Assembly: GCA_012839925.1 (NCBI GenBank)
Contig: DUMJ01000025.1
Span: 8,797 to 72,796, forward strand
Origin: a bacterium
GTDB taxonomy: Bacteria > DUMJ01
Reading direction: 5' to 3'
Length of the DNA: 64,000 bases
The position numbers were made by a program, and so were the translations under genes. Positions 41,047 to 49,019 of the stretch are shown piece by piece (position 1 is the first letter of the stretch; the number at the start of each line of letters is the position of its first letter). Below the pieces are notes generated by a model. That model had not been told where the DNA came from. It saw only the letters and a list, made by a program, of their open reading frames with translations, and searched no databases.

Positions 41047-42201
41047 TCAGTCTCTGGCTAACCAGAGTATATCTGCTAACCTGTTCTTCTTTATCATAAC
41101 AGCCTTCTGTGGACAAAGTTCATGACAGCAATAGCAGGATATACATTTCTTATAATTAATCTTCATCCTCCCATCAAACTTATCTATAGCCTTCTGGGGA
41201 CAACTTCTAAGACATGCTTCACATCTTACGCATTTATCATCATCAATCTCTGGATAAATCTTAATAAACTTTACCAGTCTCTTAGAGAGAAAACTAAAAA
41301 TAGGTGATGAAAGCTTATTTGTAACATTATAGACCGTATTAACCTTCTTAACGTCATGCCCAAACAGGTCTTCTAATTTAGCTCCAAATATCTCTATATT
41401 CTCTAACGAATTTTCACCAAGTCCCATCTCCCCAGCTATCCTGGTTGTATATATATCTTTCGGGTTATACCCGAGCATCCAGCCTCCGACAGCATCTATC
41501 GCGACTGGATCGTAACCCATAAGTATTCGACCAAATCTTCTAGGTGTTCCACCTGAAGGACCATCTCCCTCCATCCCTTCAATAGCGTCTACTATATTAA
41601 GATCAGGTCCTACCGAACGGAATATCTCAACAAGAAGTCTGGAAAATCCTTCAGGACTTGGAGCCACAGCGTGCATCTTGGACTTATTAAATCCAGGGAT
41701 CGAACCAAACATATTCTTTATAGCACAGGTTACCAGTGTAAAGTTATGAGTTTTAAGTTTCGGCATATTAACTATATAATCTACTTCTTTTATTATTTTG
41801 GTAAGAGGAAAAACTGGTACCATTCCACCAGGGTTATCCACATCGATAATCCCTTCTCTGGAAAAGTTTACAAGTCTGAAGCCTTCTTTATTCTCCAGAG
41901 AAGATATCCCGGTCCTCTTATACAGGTTTTCTATATTTGAAAGAGCATTTCCAGGGCTATCACCTACGAGGATTTCCCTGGCTCCAAATTCCAATAGTAA
42001 TTCCCCTACCGCTTCTATCATCACTGGATGAGTAGTCACCCCATAATGCGGTTCTGCTGGCATAAGAAGATTAGGTTTGATGAGAATAGATTTATTTCTT
42101 ATATCAGGGATTCCTATATGACTGAAGCCCTCTTTAATTGTAGCTTTTATATTATCCTTATCGTACTCATAGCAGCTTAATACTGCAACATTAGACCCCA
42201 T
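41047..42201 (-). CDS. DUF362 domain protein with C-terminal 2x[4Fe-4S] ferredoxin domain
   Basis: DUF362-like N-terminal 300 aa, then CVRCEACLRSCP and CISCYCCHELCP. Confidence 0.75.
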   Translation of the reverse strand: MGSNVAVLSCYEYDKDNIKATIKEGFSHIGIPDIRNKSILIKPNLLMPAEPHYGVTTHPVMIEAVGELLLEFGAREILVGDSPGNALSNIENLYKRTGISSLENKEGFRLVNFSREGIIDVDNPGGMVPVFPLTKIIKEVDYIVNMPKLKTHNFTLVTCAIKNMFGSIPGFNKSKMHAVAPSPEGFSRLLVEIFRSVGPDLNIVDAIEGMEGDGPSGGTPRRFGRILMGYDPVAIDAVGGWMLGYNPKDIYTTRIAGEMGLGENSLENIEIFGAKLEDLFGHDVKKVNTVYNVTNKLSSPIFSFLSKRLVKFIKIYPEIDDDKCVRCEACLRSCPQKAIDKFDGRMKINYKKCISCYCCHELCPQKAVMIKKNRLADILWLARD

Positions 42202-42207
42202 ATAATA

Positions 42208-43554
42208 CTACCTTACCCCTATTCCTTCGTAAAGGAAACCAAATCTCTTGACTTTTGCTGGATCCAGAATATTTACCCCATCCACAATTATTGGATTTTT
42301 CATGGTAGACCTTATCCTTTCCAAATCTATCTCTTTAAACTCATCCCAGGCGGTTAATATGAGTAATGCATCACTATCCTTGGCTGCCTCATATAAATCG
42401 CTACAGAAAATGATATCAGAGATGTATTTTTTAGCCTCTTCCATACCTTTGGGGTCATAGGCTCTTACTCCGGCGCCCCTCTCCCTTATCTCTTTTATAA
42501 TCCTTATAGACAAAGAATTCCTGACATCGTTAGTATCAGGTTTGAATGTAAGCCCCAGTATACCAATTTTCGTGCCAGGGCGAAAACCTCCCAAGAGTTT
42601 ATCCAGCTTATCTATCACATAGGAAATCTGATGGCTGTTCTTCTCCATAATAGACTTTAAATAGTTTGGTTGATATCCATAACTCTCAGCCATCTTTATA
42701 AGACCATTCAAATCTTTAGATAAACATGGTCCACCAAAACCTATTCCAGGAGAAAGATAGTGTCCTCCAATTCTCTTATCATACTTCATTCCCTCTATAA
42801 CATCTTTTACATTAATACCAAGATGGTCACAGATATTCGCTATCTCATTTATAAAAGATATCCTGGAGGCAAGAAAGGCGTTAGAGGCATATTTAATAAG
42901 TTGAGCAGTTAGTGGGGTAGTATATACTACAGGTGCATTGAGAGGTGAAAATATTCCCGCTAGAACTTTGGACACATCATCTTTATCAGCCCCTATAACA
43001 ATCCGGGTTGGATTAAAGAAATCGTATACTGCCTTCCCCTCTCTTAAAAACTCTGGAACTACCGCTAAATCGTAATCTCTTCCTTTTACCTTATTCTTTT
43101 TATCCAATATACCCTCTACAAGTTCCAGTGTTCCAACCGGAATAGTACTTTTTATCGCTATAATTTTATAGGAATTTAAAGAGTTACTGATCCCTTCAAC
43201 TGCAGAGATTATCTGTGAGAGATCTACATCTCCATCATCTTTAGATGGGGTTCCAACGCATATAAAAATAATATCACTTGAATTTGTTGCCTCCTCTATA
43301 TCCGTGGTGAAAAATAATCTGTGAAGCTTTCTATTTCTTTCAACCAGTTCAAATAGCCCCTCTTCGTATATAGGAACATATCCATTACTGAGACTGCTTA
43401 TTTTCCCTTCATCTATATCAACACATATCACCTTATTACCCAGTTCTGACAGACCAGCTCCAGTGGTCAATCCAACAAATCCAGTCCCTATAATAGCTAT
43501 ACAGTATTCACTTTTCTCCACCATCATATCTTCAAATCTCCTGTTGTTAAACAT
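42208..43554 (-). CDS. ugd: UDP-glucose 6-dehydrogenase / nucleotide-sugar dehydrogenase
   Basis: Rossmann IIGTGFVG and catalytic GFGGPCLSKD. The start may instead be the internal Met (MMVEKSEY). Confidence 0.85.
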   Translation of the reverse strand: MFNNRRFEDMMVEKSEYCIAIIGTGFVGLTTGAGLSELGNKVICVDIDEGKISSLSNGYVPIYEEGLFELVERNRKLHRLFFTTDIEEATNSSDIIFICVGTPSKDDGDVDLSQIISAVEGISNSLNSYKIIAIKSTIPVGTLELVEGILDKKNKVKGRDYDLAVVPEFLREGKAVYDFFNPTRIVIGADKDDVSKVLAGIFSPLNAPVVYTTPLTAQLIKYASNAFLASRISFINEIANICDHLGINVKDVIEGMKYDKRIGGHYLSPGIGFGGPCLSKDLNGLIKMAESYGYQPNYLKSIMEKNSHQISYVIDKLDKLLGGFRPGTKIGILGLTFKPDTNDVRNSLSIRIIKEIRERGAGVRAYDPKGMEEAKKYISDIIFCSDLYEAAKDSDALLILTAWDEFKEIDLERIRSTMKNPIIVDGVNILDPAKVKRFGFLYEGIGVR

Positions 43555-43646
43555 ATTAGTTTATAGTTATCTTATCATATTTCAACCATCTATATAAAGT
43601 ATCAAAATCTCACAAAAAGCTTCAACTAGGGCTGGTTATTAATTCA

Positions 43647-44267
43647 CTATAAAACTTCTTCCAGTGATTCTCTTAATTCTTCCACTGCCTTTTTCACATC
43701 CTCTTCAGATACTGCTGCCGATATTACAGCTATACCCTTAGCCCCATTCCTTATTACATCCTTTACATTATCCTTATTTATACCACCTATAGCTATCACA
43801 GGCAGGGATGAGGCATTTACTATAGATCTAAGTCCTTCAAGTCCTATAATCTTTACGTTCTCTTTACTCGAAGTTCTGAAAATACTCTGAGCACTTATAT
43901 AATCCGCCCCCTCCTTTTCAGCCAGCAATGCCTCCTCAGGAGAACTTACCGAAGCTCCAATTATAAAATTTTTGCCGGCTATTCTTCTCGCCACAGATAC
44001 CGGTAAATCTTCAGTCCCAAGATGAACTCCGTCTGCCCCTACTGCCATAGCTATATCTAACCTGTCGTTTACGATGAAAAGTGCTTTATACCGTCTGGTA
44101 AGTTCTCTTATCTTAACCCCTATCCTGTACAGCTCTCTTCCACCTTTTTCTTTATCTCTGAGCTGTATCGCAGTAGCTCCTCCCTTTAAAGCCTCTTCTG
44201 CCAGGAAACTATGACTCCTACTCAGACCAACCTTTTCATCTGTAATCACATAAAGTTTCAGGTCCAT
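43647..44267 (-). CDS. thiE: thiamine-phosphate synthase
   Basis: LYVITD.., IQLRDK, GADGVHLG and AIGGI motifs. Confidence 0.9.
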   Translation of the reverse strand: MDLKLYVITDEKVGLSRSHSFLAEEALKGGATAIQLRDKEKGGRELYRIGVKIRELTRRYKALFIVNDRLDIAMAVGADGVHLGTEDLPVSVARRIAGKNFIIGASVSSPEEALLAEKEGADYISAQSIFRTSSKENVKIIGLEGLRSIVNASSLPVIAIGGINKDNVKDVIRNGAKGIAVISAAVSEEDVKKAVEELRESLEEVL

Positions 44268-45082
44268 ATGACTATTTCTCCCTCTCTTTTTATATCTTCA
44301 CCATTTATAGAGGATAGTTCATCAAAGAGATACATCCTGAAACTGCCAGGTTTATTACTTCTGGCTTCTGCCCTTCTAGCTGACAGTTTAAAGGCTATCA
44401 GACCTGTGATAGAAGATATAAATGGATCACCTCTGACACCTAGTACCGCCGAGATTATAGAGCCAGCAATACAACCAGACCCTGTTACATCCCTCAGTAA
44501 TTCGCTTCCACCTCTTACTGAAATAACATCGGTCCCATTGGAGACGAAATCTTCTCTCCCGGTGGCAACAACTATTGCTCTGTACCTGGTGGCTAAAGAC
44601 TTCACGATGTCCTTTAAATCAGTACCGACACCATTAACAGAATCTACACCCCTTACCATTCCAGACCCTCCAGCCAGAACTGTTATCTCTCCCCTATTCC
44701 CCTTTATCACCGTTACCCTGTATTCTTTTAAAAGATCATCTACTACATAATTTCTGAAGGGAGTTGATCCATAACCTACCGGGTCCAGAAGAACAGGGAT
44801 ATCATTTTTGTTAGCCACCTCCATAGCCTTTTTCATAGCAGATAAAAGCTCCGTAGAAGGAATCCCTATATTTATAAGAAGACTATTAGCAATAGAACAC
44901 ATATCGCCGGATTCTTCTGGGTAAAGAGCCATAACTGGGCTTGCACCAATAGCCAAAGTGGCATGAGCCTGTTCTGGCATAGCAACAAAATTAGTAATAT
45001 GATGAACAAGAGGGTTTATAGATCTCAATTTATCCCACAAATTTTTACCCTCACCTAATATCAATCCAATCCTATCTTCCAC
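44258..45082 (-). CDS. thiM: hydroxyethylthiazole kinase
   Basis: PLVHHITN.V and TGSGC motifs. Confidence 0.9.
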   Translation of the reverse strand: MEDRIGLILGEGKNLWDKLRSINPLVHHITNFVAMPEQAHATLAIGASPVMALYPEESGDMCSIANSLLINIGIPSTELLSAMKKAMEVANKNDIPVLLDPVGYGSTPFRNYVVDDLLKEYRVTVIKGNRGEITVLAGGSGMVRGVDSVNGVGTDLKDIVKSLATRYRAIVVATGREDFVSNGTDVISVRGGSELLRDVTGSGCIAGSIISAVLGVRGDPFISSITGLIAFKLSARRAEARSNKPGSFRMYLFDELSSINGEDIKREGEIVIWT

Positions 45083-45822
45083 GTCTTTATCACCTCCAAA
45101 AACTGATAGTCAGTCTTATCAACCTTTAATGGTGAAATAACTATATATCCTTCTCGAAGAAGAAAATCCTCACTGTCCTGGTCGGTTTCATTCAAGGGTA
45201 TACCTCCTATCCAGAAGTGTAAATTCCCGTAAGGATCGAGTATTTTATGTACCCGGTTCTTATATCTCTTTCTCCCTAATCTGGTAAATTTGACCCCCTT
45301 TATCTCCTCAACGGGTATGTTAGGGACGTTTACGTTTAAAAATGTCCCTTCCGGGATCCGATTAACTTTAAGAATATCTATCAGTCTCTTTACCACCGAA
45401 ACAGCCCCCCCATAAAAATCCTTTTTTTTGCCATAATTCAGAGATACCGCTATCGACTGTTTTCCAGAGAAAGCAGCCTCTATGCACGCTCCAATCGTTC
45501 CAGAGAATCTTATATCATCCCCTATATTCGGTTCATCATTTATCCCGGAGATTACCAGGTCTATCTCTTTCACAAGGACATCCAGGGCTAATATGACACA
45601 GTCTGCCGGGGTCCCAGATACTGCATATGCTTCTCTTTCTCCGAGAGATAATTCTACCCTATCTACCCTTACAGGTCTATCAAAAGTTACTCCACCACTA
45701 ATCCCTGATAGTTTAAATCCAGGAGCCACCACATAAACATCTTCAGTAGGGGACAGATTAATAATCAGCTCTCTTATCCCTCTGGCATATATACCGTCGT
45801 CATTTGTGATGAGTATCCTCAT
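45061..45822 (-). CDS. surE: SurE-family 5'/3'-nucleotidase / phosphatase (divergent)
   Basis: MRILITNDDGI N-terminus, GTPADCV, VISGIN and FSGTIGA blocks. Overlaps thiD by 23 nt and thiM by 22 nt. Confidence 0.8.
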   Translation of the reverse strand: MRILITNDDGIYARGIRELIINLSPTEDVYVVAPGFKLSGISGGVTFDRPVRVDRVELSLGEREAYAVSGTPADCVILALDVLVKEIDLVISGINDEPNIGDDIRFSGTIGACIEAAFSGKQSIAVSLNYGKKKDFYGGAVSVVKRLIDILKVNRIPEGTFLNVNVPNIPVEEIKGVKFTRLGRKRYKNRVHKILDPYGNLHFWIGGIPLNETDQDSEDFLLREGYIVISPLKVDKTDYQFLEVIKTWKIGLD

Positions 45823-46648
45823 CCCATCTTCCAGTCATAATATCTCCCAGGGGTATATTATGGTACAGTGGACCAAATCCCTTGCCTATATTATTGGGGG
45901 CTTCCTTGATAGCTGAAGTCACATATCTCTTTGCAATACCAGTAGCATTGTACACATCAATCCCTCTAGCTAAACAGGCAGCTATAGCAGAAGATAAGGT
46001 ACAACCTGTCCCATGGGTATTTTGAGTTAATATCCTCTCATCTTCAAATGAATAGAAATTCTCCCCATCAAATAAGATATCTTTAGATTTCTCCTCTTCT
46101 AAGTGTCCTCCTTTTATAAGGACATTTTTTGTCCCCATCCTATATATCTTCTCAGCAGCTTTTTTCACATCATCAATATCTTCTATCTTTTCCCCACTTA
46201 TAACCTCTGCCTCAGGGATATTTGGAGTCAAAACGAATGAAAGCGGGACTATAAGTTTTATAAATCTTTCTATTGCAGATTCTTGCAAAAGTCTTGCCCC
46301 ACTCTTAGCTATCATAACAGGGTCAACAACTAACTTCTCTATTTCATAGAGGTGCATTCTCTCTGCCACGACATTTATTATCCCCTCATTAAATAGCATA
46401 CCAATCTTAACCGCATCCACTGCAATATCTTCAAATATAGCATCAATCTGGAGTGTAACAAACTCCTCAGGTAACCCATAGATAGCTTTTACACACTGTG
46501 TATTTTGTGCAGTGATAGAAGTAATTACAGACATTCCATAGACATCAAATGCTTGAAAGGTCTTAAGATCAGCCTGAATTCCGGCACCGCCAGACGAATC
46601 TGAACCAGCAATAGTTAAAGCCTTACCCTTATAATTCAATATAATCAC
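45800..46648 (-). CDS. thiD: hydroxymethylpyrimidine/phosphomethylpyrimidine kinase
   Basis: LTIAGSDSSGGAGIQADLKT and GTGCTLSSAIAA motifs. The track start GTG 46648 abuts the SD; TTG 46639, 8 nt after AGGGAG, is the more plausible start. Confidence 0.9.
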   Translation of the reverse strand: MIILNYKGKALTIAGSDSSGGAGIQADLKTFQAFDVYGMSVITSITAQNTQCVKAIYGLPEEFVTLQIDAIFEDIAVDAVKIGMLFNEGIINVVAERMHLYEIEKLVVDPVMIAKSGARLLQESAIERFIKLIVPLSFVLTPNIPEAEVISGEKIEDIDDVKKAAEKIYRMGTKNVLIKGGHLEEEKSKDILFDGENFYSFEDERILTQNTHGTGCTLSSAIAACLARGIDVYNATGIAKRYVTSAIKEAPNNIGKGFGPLYHNIPLGDIMTGRWDEDTHHK

Positions 46649-46757
46649 TCCCTTCGCTAGTATTACCTAGATCAGGTTCAGCGGGTTGGAGCTCTCTTAA
46701 AACTCCTCTCAGCCTGCTTGCAGTTTATACTTTCGGCACCCCGGTGTTCCTCATCCT
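46646..46757 (-). promoter_or_regulatory. TPP (THI-box) riboswitch
   Basis: The minus strand reads ..CACCGGGGUGCC..GGCUGAGA..ACCCGCUGAACCUGAUCUAGGUAAUACUAGCGAAGGGAGUG, matching the conserved THI-element core directly upstream of thiD. Confidence 0.88.
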
Positions 46758-46775
46758 GGATATATCTCTTTAGAG

Positions 46776-46803
46776 ATTATATATCAGTATCTTCCTCTGT
46801 CAA
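46776..46803 (-). promoter_or_regulatory. candidate sigma-70 promoter of the thi operon
   Basis: On the minus strand: TTGACA, a 16-nt spacer, then TATAAT, about 20 nt upstream of the riboswitch. Confidence 0.55.
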
Positions 46804-47036
46804 CATCAAGCTGAACTTTGTTAACGTTCTGTGATATTGTCATAGGTAAATAGCTCTGACCTATTACCCTCTTCCTTGACGGGGGAGGAAGGATAAAAGC
46901 ATGGTGTTTTTATAATAAAAGACGAAGTTGTAGGGGCAATTCATGAATTGCCCCTACAGGATACAAATTAATCTCATATGTTTCATTTCCTTCCCCTGAC
47001 ATTTTCACAGACTATTGACACATCAAACTGAACTTT
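46803..47036. repeat. MITE-like unit: 17-nt direct repeats flanking 15-nt imperfect inverted repeats and internal hairpins
   Basis: Direct repeats: ACATCAAGCTGAACTTT (46803..46819) and ACATCAAACTGAACTTT (47020..47036), 16/17 identical. Inverted repeats: TCTGTGATATTGTCA (46828..46842) versus the reverse complement of 46997..47011, 13/15. Confidence 0.4.
46929..46958 (-). terminator. strong hairpin downstream of the PfkB kinase gene (probable terminator)
   Basis: 14-bp arms TGTAGGGGCAATTC/GAATTGCCCCTACA. On the minus strand a T-rich tract (CTTTTATT) begins about 8 nt after the stem. Confidence 0.5.
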
Positions 47037-47979
47037 TACCCAACTTATCATTTAAGAACTCTTTCAATTCTCTTAAAGTGGGAAGCATAGTTGTCCCTCC
47101 TATACCGGTACAGGAAAGGGCTCCACAGGCATTGCCTATCAAAAGGCATCTCTCTATGTCATAACCATTCAGTCTTCCATACAAAAAACCAGCATTAAAA
47201 GAATCCCCAGCACCGGTAGTATCAATTACTTCTACCTTAAAACCAGGTCTATAATATCTCCTCCCGTCATCTATAGCCAGAGCCCCTTTTTCCCCAAGTT
47301 TTATAACCAGAGACTTTACATCTTTTGAGATTGCTTCAGAAATTATATCTATAGATGACTCCTCAGATTCGTATCTGCTGGAGTAGATTCTCTTAGCCTC
47401 TATTTCATTTGCAAAGAGGATATCCACCAGAGGGAAGAGTTCAAAGAGTTTATCCCAGTTCTTATCTTCAGGATCCCAGCCAGGGTCTAAAGATACAGTA
47501 ATCCCCTTCCCTTTAGCATAATTAAATAATTCTTTTATATCCTTCTGCAACCTCTTCTGTAGAAAAAAAGAAGATATATGGATATGAGTTGATGAACTGC
47601 ATATAAATTCCCTATCGACATCATCAATGGTAAAGTCTTTCATAATTCCGGTGTAAGTTATAAGTGCTCTATTCTCAGGATAGGTAAGAGAAACAGTAAA
47701 ACCTGTATCAGCACCTTTAAGTCTTCTCACTCTTTCTATCCCCACCCTTTCTCCACTTAAAAATCTTATGATATACTCACCCAGTATATCATCTCCTATA
47801 GCCCCAATAAAATTCACTCCAACCCCAAGTCTGGAAAGACCAACGGCACATATGGCAGAAGAACTCCCCAGAGTAATCTTACCTTCAGAAGCCAATTTCT
47901 CTTTGTCTAACTCAGGAAATCCTTCTATACCTCTCAAGATGATATCAACATTAAGTTCACCTATAATGGATACAGTCAT
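47023..47979 (-). CDS. PfkB-family carbohydrate kinase (ribokinase/fructokinase-like)
   Basis: N-terminal GG-containing motif and C-terminal DTTGAGDSFNAGF signature. Confidence 0.85.
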   Translation of the reverse strand: MTVSIIGELNVDIILRGIEGFPELDKEKLASEGKITLGSSSAICAVGLSRLGVGVNFIGAIGDDILGEYIIRFLSGERVGIERVRRLKGADTGFTVSLTYPENRALITYTGIMKDFTIDDVDREFICSSSTHIHISSFFLQKRLQKDIKELFNYAKGKGITVSLDPGWDPEDKNWDKLFELFPLVDILFANEIEAKRIYSSRYESEESSIDIISEAISKDVKSLVIKLGEKGALAIDDGRRYYRPGFKVEVIDTTGAGDSFNAGFLYGRLNGYDIERCLLIGNACGALSCTGIGGTTMLPTLRELKEFLNDKLGKSSV

Positions 47980-48031
47980 AAAAACCTCCAGAGATTCTTT
48001 TCAGTATTTTAGTATATTTTAATACAGACTC

Positions 48032-48060
48032 TTGAATTTTTCTATTCTCTATGTTATAGT
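48032..48060 (+). promoter_or_regulatory. candidate sigma-70 promoter for the tRNA pair
   Basis: TTGAAT, a 17-nt spacer ending in TGt, then TATAGT, 21 nt upstream of the tRNA 5' end. Confidence 0.55.
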
Positions 48061-48081
48061 ATACTCGTCTTATAAATAAGA

Positions 48082-48156
48082 GGGCCCATAGCTCAGCGGT
48101 AGAGCTGCCGGCTCATAACCGGTTGGTCCCTGGTTCAAATCCGGGTGGGCCCACCA
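48082..48156 (+). tRNA. tRNA-Met (anticodon CAU), elongator-type, CCA encoded; a lysidine-modified tRNA-Ile2 cannot be excluded
   Basis: Cloverleaf folded by hand. Acceptor GGGCCCA/TGGGCCC, D stem GCTC/GAGC, anticodon stem GCCGG/CCGGT with loop CTCATAA, T stem CCTGG/CCGGG with loop TTCAAAT, then discriminator A and CCA. Confidence 0.9.
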
Positions 48157-48159
48157 TAG

Positions 48160-48235
48160 GGGCGAATAGCTCAGTGGTTAGAGCGCCTGCCTTACAAGCA
48201 GGAGGTCACAGGTTCAAGCCCTGTTTCGCCCACCA
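48160..48235 (+). tRNA. tRNA-Val (anticodon UAC), CCA encoded
   Basis: Acceptor GGGCGAA/TTCGCCC, anticodon stem CCTGC/GCAGG with loop CTTACAA, T stem ACAGG/CCTGT with loop TTCAAGC. Starts 3 nt after the preceding tRNA. Confidence 0.9.
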
Positions 48236-48261
48236 TTTTATATGTCTGTAGGGGGAACAAT

Positions 48262-48966
48262 ATGGTTCTATCAGATACACTTCAGGATCTTTGGGAACTT
48301 CAGCTGTTAGATATAGAGATTATGAATCTTCAAGAGAAACTTCGGAATCTGGATAGAGGAAAAGAGTTAAAAGATAGGATAGATTTTCTCTCTAATCTCT
48401 ATAATAAAAAAAATGATGAGATGAGAAAAAAGGAAGTTTCTCTAAGAGAATTGGAGATAGAACTATCCTCTCTGGAGGATAGAAAAAGGAAAAATGAGGA
48501 ACGTCTATACAGGGATGTTACCACTCAAAAAGAGGTGGATGGTCTAACCCAAGAGATTCAGCATATATCAGAAACAAAATCCTCTATCGAGGATAAGATC
48601 TTAGAGCTTATGGAGAGCTTAGAAGAGTTAAGGAATGAGATTCCCACCATCAAAAAAGAGATAGAAGAACTTGAGGGATCTCTAAAAATAATCGAAGATA
48701 ATGCCAGAATATCGGAAAGGGAAATCCTGGAGAAGATTCAGGTATTGGAGACCAAAAGAGAGGAAAAATCCAAAGGGATAGATTCCAAACTTCTTGCAAG
48801 GTATGAAGCGATAAGAAAGAACAGACGTGGAAGAGGCATGTCAAAGGTCATTGATGGAAAGTGTTCTGAATGCGGAGTCGAACTTTCACTATCTATAGTT
48901 GAAGAAATGAAACACCAGGAAAAGATACTTACCTGTGAACATTGTGGCAGAATACTCTGCACTTAA
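48262..48966 (+). CDS. coiled-coil protein with C-terminal C4 zinc ribbon (COG1579-like)
   Basis: Long heptad-rich region plus CSECGVEL....CEHCGRIL. Confidence 0.75.
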   Translation: MVLSDTLQDLWELQLLDIEIMNLQEKLRNLDRGKELKDRIDFLSNLYNKKNDEMRKKEVSLRELEIELSSLEDRKRKNEERLYRDVTTQKEVDGLTQEIQHISETKSSIEDKILELMESLEELRNEIPTIKKEIEELEGSLKIIEDNARISEREILEKIQVLETKREEKSKGIDSKLLARYEAIRKNRRGRGMSKVIDGKCSECGVELSLSIVEEMKHQEKILTCEHCGRILCT

Positions 48967-48981
48967 AATATAAAAAACAAA

Positions 48982-49006
48982 AGCGGGGAGAGAGACTCTC
49001 CCCGCT
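48982..49006. terminator. bidirectional rho-independent terminator between the zinc-ribbon gene and ppdK
   Basis: 11-bp stem AGCGGGGAGAG/CTCTCCCCGCT with loop AGA, an A-run upstream and TTTCT downstream. Confidence 0.75.
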
Positions 49007-49019
49007 TTCTCATTATTTC

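Noticed and set aside
48082-48156. tRNA(CAU) as initiator tRNA-fMet
   Set aside because: It has a normal G1-C72 pair and lacks the three consecutive G-C pairs at the base of the anticodon stem. It is elongator-type Met, or possibly Ile2.
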